A stretch of DNA of 32,000 nt from Crocosphaera subtropica ATCC 51142. Lineage in GTDB: Bacteria > Cyanobacteriota > Cyanobacteriia > Cyanobacteriales > Microcystaceae. Under the pieces are notes generated by a model. That model was not told the DNA's origin and searched no databases. It saw nothing but the letters and a program-made list of their open reading frames with translations. The translations under genes and the position numbers were made by a program. The DNA lies in NCBI RefSeq assembly GCF_000017845.1, contig NC_010546.1, positions 4,200,001 to 4,232,000 of the forward strand, written 5' to 3'. Of this stretch, positions 28,654-32,000 are shown piece after piece. Each line of letters opens with the position of its first letter. Position 1 is the stretch's first letter.

Positions 28654-29247
28654 TTAAGATCCTAACAAGAATATTCCCCCTAAATAAGACATATTATCTC
28701 CATCCCCCAAAAAGCTTCGTAATTCTTCTATCCCTAAATCTTTTAAACCATCTGGGAGATCAGGAATTGGTAATATTCCATATTGGCTTGTTTGTAGTGT
28801 GTCTGTGTGGATAAGGTTATTGAGAGGATGTTGCCGAACTTGTATTAATCTATCGGAATCGTTCCACACAGCAAGTAATTCTTCTGACCACAATTGTGCG
28901 TTTTCATCAAATCTGAGTATCCCTGTTAACCCATTTTGCAACAATTCCTGTAATTTACTTTGTTCTAAATTTTCTAATCCACCTAAAGGGTTAGGAATGG
29001 GTAGATAACCCCGATAGGATTCTCCTGGATCTTGTTCTGTTTGCTCTCGAATTGTTTCGGCAGCATCGGCTGTATCAACATCAACATCAACGTTAGTATA
29101 TTGACTATTTGCTAATCTAATTATTGTCGTTTTTGGATCTTTTCTAAGATCATTTAACACCTGTTCGTTTCCCCAAGCAAAGGCTAAGACCCTGCTCCAA
29201 TTCAATCTTGCATCTGCCAAGATATCTATGCCCGATTGTACCATCAT
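28654..29247 (-). CDS. 197-aa protein made of two tandem NHLP-like (nitrile-hydratase-leader-peptide-like) modules; candidate BMA_0021/0022-type precursor or partner protein
   Basis: An internal duplication is visible by eye. Compare W17-x7-W25...YRGYLPIPNPLGGLENL...LQELLQNG with W120-x7-W128...QYGILPIPDLPDGLKDL...LRSFLGDG. A GGGAGA Shine-Dalgarno sits 5 nt upstream of ATGATG. The stop lies 3 nt before the YcaO start codon. Confidence 0.7.
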   Translation of the reverse strand: MMVQSGIDILADARLNWSRVLAFAWGNEQVLNDLRKDPKTTIIRLANSQYTNVDVDVDTADAAETIREQTEQDPGESYRGYLPIPNPLGGLENLEQSKLQELLQNGLTGILRFDENAQLWSEELLAVWNDSDRLIQVRQHPLNNLIHTDTLQTSQYGILPIPDLPDGLKDLGIEELRSFLGDGDNMSYLGGIFLLGS

Positions 29248-29272
29248 TTATCTCCCAATTTTGTCAACAGGT

Positions 29273-30979
29273 TTACGGCAGTAGGTTTTTGAGAAAACTA
29301 ATGCTAGGGGCAAAGAAAAATTCTCCCCCCTTATTTTTAACACAACCGTAGAAAGAATAATCCACTTGTTCGTCATTATCCCACTGTTTTGGCCATTGTT
29401 GCGGATCAGGACAGTCTTGAACCCTTTTTGTTGCAGGATGTCCAATAATCGGATCAAGGTATTGTTCCTTACCCGTTCGTGGGAATTTTCTGTCGTCTGC
29501 CCATGCTTGTTGTAGCTCTAAAAACTGAAGACCAATATCCCTTTGAAAGCTAACAAATAGTAATCCGCTAATATTTTTTATTTGCTCTTCTAAGGATTGA
29601 TGACTCACTTTATTTTTTAAATAATCTAGCTGATTAAAACATCGTTCTAAAATACTTAATTGTGAGTTTTGTTGTGTTGTTAAATCATCAAAATAGGTAA
29701 TTCCTGCTCGAAAAATTCGTTTATTTTTTCGATTTTTTTCAAGTTCTTTGTTATCATTATCTCTACGAGGATTAACTTGTCTCATATGGGCGTGTAAGGG
29801 ACATTTGCTGCCATTAGGATCATCGGCATAATTAAAACTATCTCTGTCTTCGTTTTGATTCGGTTGATCGCATAATGCAAGGGGGGTTCCATCTTTAAAT
29901 CGTCCGATAGTTAAGGCATTGGCTCTTTCAATAGTTAAGGCATCAGCTTTTTGGGGATCATCTACCAATTCTCCTAACAGTTCGTCTATTTTTTCTTGAA
30001 AAAGTTCATAATTGGTTTCTAGTTTTTGCCAAACACAATAACTCCCAAAACTATAGGGATTTTGACTCAAAGGATCTTTAACCAGAACTAGGTTAAGACT
30101 AGCTTGAGGATTCCACTGACTCACATCATTACTGTCTTTATACTGGTCATAATCGCATTTAAAAAATAGAGGTTGACTAATACCGTCAGCAAATCCAAAC
30201 GGGCCGATAGGTGGCTTTTTTTTATCATTAGGTTGACACTCTTCTCTCACTACATATCCTGCTTCACAAGTAAGAATCTTACCTAACTGATTTTGTTTCC
30301 ATTCATTAATAATCGTATTAGCCCGATCTTTCAGTTCTTCAACACAATCATGCGCTAGAAAAATTAAGGCATGAACGGGATTTTTGGCATTGCCGATTTC
30401 CCATTTGTCGGGATGATTATACCAATAAGCATCTTTATACCAATCCTTTTCTTCATTAAAGGGATAGCTATCTTTCCAGACCTCGTTCATTGGCTGATCA
30501 AAGTCTCGATCCGAAGGTATACCAACTTTGTCTTGTACAGACACATCATCCTGTTGTTGTTTGCGAGAGCTTGTAAATAAAGAAGAATTCTTAACTTCCT
30601 TTTCTTCAAGAAGAACTTTATAACCTTGATAAGATAAGAAAAAATTTTGACAAAGTTCTCCATAAACAGTTGAAGAAGCATCAATATTATTTTGACGACA
30701 GTTTTCTTTATAATCTTCCGTATCTTGTAATTGTTTTAAAGTAGAGGTAACATGAGGGGCAATTTCACTCCCAATCCATTGTTTTACCTCATTGATTTTC
30801 TCGGCATCAAACTGAATGAAAATATAGAGTGAGTATTGTCGTCCATAATTTTTGAGCATTCCCCCTTGTAAATCTTGCAAGATTTGTTGATAGCCAGAAT
30901 TCAGATTACACGTATCAATTAGCTTATTATTATTAATCAGGTCATCATAGTAGTTCTGGTCATTATTAGGATTGTTCAT
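29273..30979 (-). CDS. DyP-type (dye-decolorizing) haem peroxidase, long form
   Basis: GxxDG motif FGFADGISQP (aa 261-270, nt 30170-30199). Proximal-His region HAHMRQVNPRR (aa 396-406, nt 29762-29794). Also RIFRAGITY, GLLFVSFQRD and GGEFFFAPS. An AAGGAG Shine-Dalgarno precedes the start, and the start overlaps the upstream stop (ATGA). Confidence 0.85.
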   Translation of the reverse strand: MNNPNNDQNYYDDLINNNKLIDTCNLNSGYQQILQDLQGGMLKNYGRQYSLYIFIQFDAEKINEVKQWIGSEIAPHVTSTLKQLQDTEDYKENCRQNNIDASSTVYGELCQNFFLSYQGYKVLLEEKEVKNSSLFTSSRKQQQDDVSVQDKVGIPSDRDFDQPMNEVWKDSYPFNEEKDWYKDAYWYNHPDKWEIGNAKNPVHALIFLAHDCVEELKDRANTIINEWKQNQLGKILTCEAGYVVREECQPNDKKKPPIGPFGFADGISQPLFFKCDYDQYKDSNDVSQWNPQASLNLVLVKDPLSQNPYSFGSYCVWQKLETNYELFQEKIDELLGELVDDPQKADALTIERANALTIGRFKDGTPLALCDQPNQNEDRDSFNYADDPNGSKCPLHAHMRQVNPRRDNDNKELEKNRKNKRIFRAGITYFDDLTTQQNSQLSILERCFNQLDYLKNKVSHQSLEEQIKNISGLLFVSFQRDIGLQFLELQQAWADDRKFPRTGKEQYLDPIIGHPATKRVQDCPDPQQWPKQWDNDEQVDYSFYGCVKNKGGEFFFAPSISFLKNLLP

Positions 30980-32000
30980 TTCTTCTCCTTAATTAAATTT
31001 TCAAAATAACACCGATATAACTCACAACTCACTTTTACTTTATCTTCTACATATTCAATCAATCCTAAACTGCTCAACTTGTAAGCTAAGATGGAATCTA
31101 TTTTAACAGGAATTTCAGAACGAATAAGCGAACCATAGGCGATCATTAAATCAGGCTGTTCTTGCAGTGTTATCCAATGACGTTGCAAATGATAATAATA
31201 AATTCCGTTGGGTTGAGTGGCATTTTTCAGTAGTTCCGTGACGGTAATATTCTCACGACTCAGATGATAGATGGCTAGATGAACCAGTGCCGGGTGTCCT
31301 CCTACCAGATTCATTAATTGTTTGACTTCCTTATCTGGCTTCCAATTGAGTCCGTAACACTGAGCTAACTGTTCGACTTCTTGTTGATAAAAAGGAATTA
31401 AATTAATGGGCAAACCGACATTAAAAGGAGACTGATTCAGTTGCAGAGGAACGTAAATTTCTGTGGAGTGAATCACGATCAAGCGAAGTTTTTGCCAAAC
31501 GGGGAGGGTTTTAGCTTCTTCGTACCAAGACCGTAATAGTAATAAAAAATCTTTGGCTACAGAAGAATACTCAAAAATACAACTGAGTTCATCGATCGCC
31601 AAAACTAAAGGCTGATCAAGTAATTCTAGTACATAGTCCTGAAAATAGGCAGTGCAACTAATTTTACTTCCCAAATCTTGATCCCAATACTCGTTTAGTT
31701 TAGGCTTGATCTCAAGCTGACGGGCAAGGTTAGCGCATAACCATCGGAGAAGTTTATTCAAGTCTTTCAAAATAGCTGCTTCAGCTTGCTCCAAACTAAG
31801 ATTAACGCTGTAATAACCTTGCTGTCTGGCATAGTCTAGATTTCTGAGGAGTAAGCTGGTTTTGCCCATCTCTCTGGGACCTTTGATTCGCACTAAAGCC
31901 CCTGCTTTGATGATTTCTTGATTAATCTGATCTTCAAGATCAGCACGTTTTAGGTAACAAGGAGAGTCTAGGGGGATTGAACCGCTAGGATAGAGTCTAG
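30976..32000 (-). CDS. AAA-like (PF14516-type) P-loop NTPase; the 5' end lies outside the window
   Basis: The track begins at a GTG (31893), but the frame stays open to the window edge. It reads ...RLYPSGSIPLDSPCYLKRADLEDQINQEIIKAGALVRIKGPREMGKTSLL, which aligns with the start of the kinase's C-terminal module ([47 protein letters not shown]). The Walker B-like motif is LVLAIDELS. Confidence 0.8.
   Translation of the reverse strand, partial: RLYPSGSIPLDSPCYLKRADLEDQINQEIIKAGALVRIKGPREMGKTSLLLRNLDYARQQGYYSVNLSLEQAEAAILKDLNKLLRWLCANLARQLEIKPKLNEYWDQDLGSKISCTAYFQDYVLELLDQPLVLAIDELSCIFEYSSVAKDFLLLLRSWYEEAKTLPVWQKLRLIVIHSTEIYVPLQLNQSPFNVGLPINLIPFYQQEVEQLAQCYGLNWKPDKEVKQLMNLVGGHPALVHLAIYHLSRENITVTELLKNATQPNGIYYYHLQRHWITLQEQPDLMIAYGSLIRSEIPVKIDSILAYKLSSLGLIEYVEDKVKVSCELYRCYFENLIKEKK

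Noticed and set aside
28799-29457. ORFs 28799..29008 (+, antisense to the NHLP-like gene) and 29248..29457 (-, overlapping the DyP 3' end), considered as possible hidden precursor peptides
   Set aside because: ORF 29248..29457 is an alternative frame of the DyP C-terminus, which contains the conserved GGEFFFAPS motif in the main frame. ORF 28799..29008 is Cys/Ser-rich only because it mirrors the sense frame. Neither has a ribosome-binding site or leader-like features.
30371-30684. ORFs 30371..30580 (+) and 30487..30684 (-) inside the DyP gene
   Set aside because: These are AT-rich shadow frames within the low-complexity insert region of the DyP gene.

Overview
This is a cyanobacterial chromosomal window. 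I counted at least 17 copies of the HIP1 palindrome GCGATCGC by eye. It also carries the cyanobacterial-type str operon rpsL-rpsG-fusA-tuf-rpsJ and a WCGLC thioredoxin. It looks like a unicellular Chroococcales-type genome, but the taxon cannot be fixed from the sequence alone. Positions 1-15.8 kb are mostly housekeeping: hslO, an orphan MalK-like ABC ATPase, an SGNH hydrolase, a thioredoxin, the str operon, an IscA/HesB protein, a DUF1295/ICMT-like membrane protein, a large conserved hypothetical and an HpnJ-like B12 radical-SAM enzyme. An AT-rich islet at about 4.9-6.0 kb holds a DUF4238-like ORF fragment. The convergent spacer at 15.8-16.1 kb holds a (GGAGTTC)4 heptamer run and eight exactly phased 21-bp repeats with a GATCAAT core. 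A 689-aa FAD-dependent oxidoreductase follows at 16.1-18.2 kb, then a 734-bp AT-rich spacer. The main candidate system is the uninterrupted minus-strand gene string from 18.9 kb to the window end. In transcription order it encodes an AAA-like P-loop protein (5' end cut by the window), a DyP-type haem peroxidase, a Cys-free 197-aa protein made of two tandem NHLP-like modules, a PatD/TruD-style fused E1-like/YcaO cyclodehydratase, an amidohydrolase-2 enzyme, and a 2063-aa Ser/Thr-kinase/AAA_16/GAF/PAS protein. That last protein ends in a second AAA-like module where a histidine kinase would be expected. The first four genes are translationally coupled. No SagB dehydrogenase, PatA/PatG protease or C39 exporter is in view. 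I read this as a non-canonical YcaO (RiPP-like or protein-modifying) system under kinase/NTPase control. All family assignments come from motifs read by eye and need profile searches.
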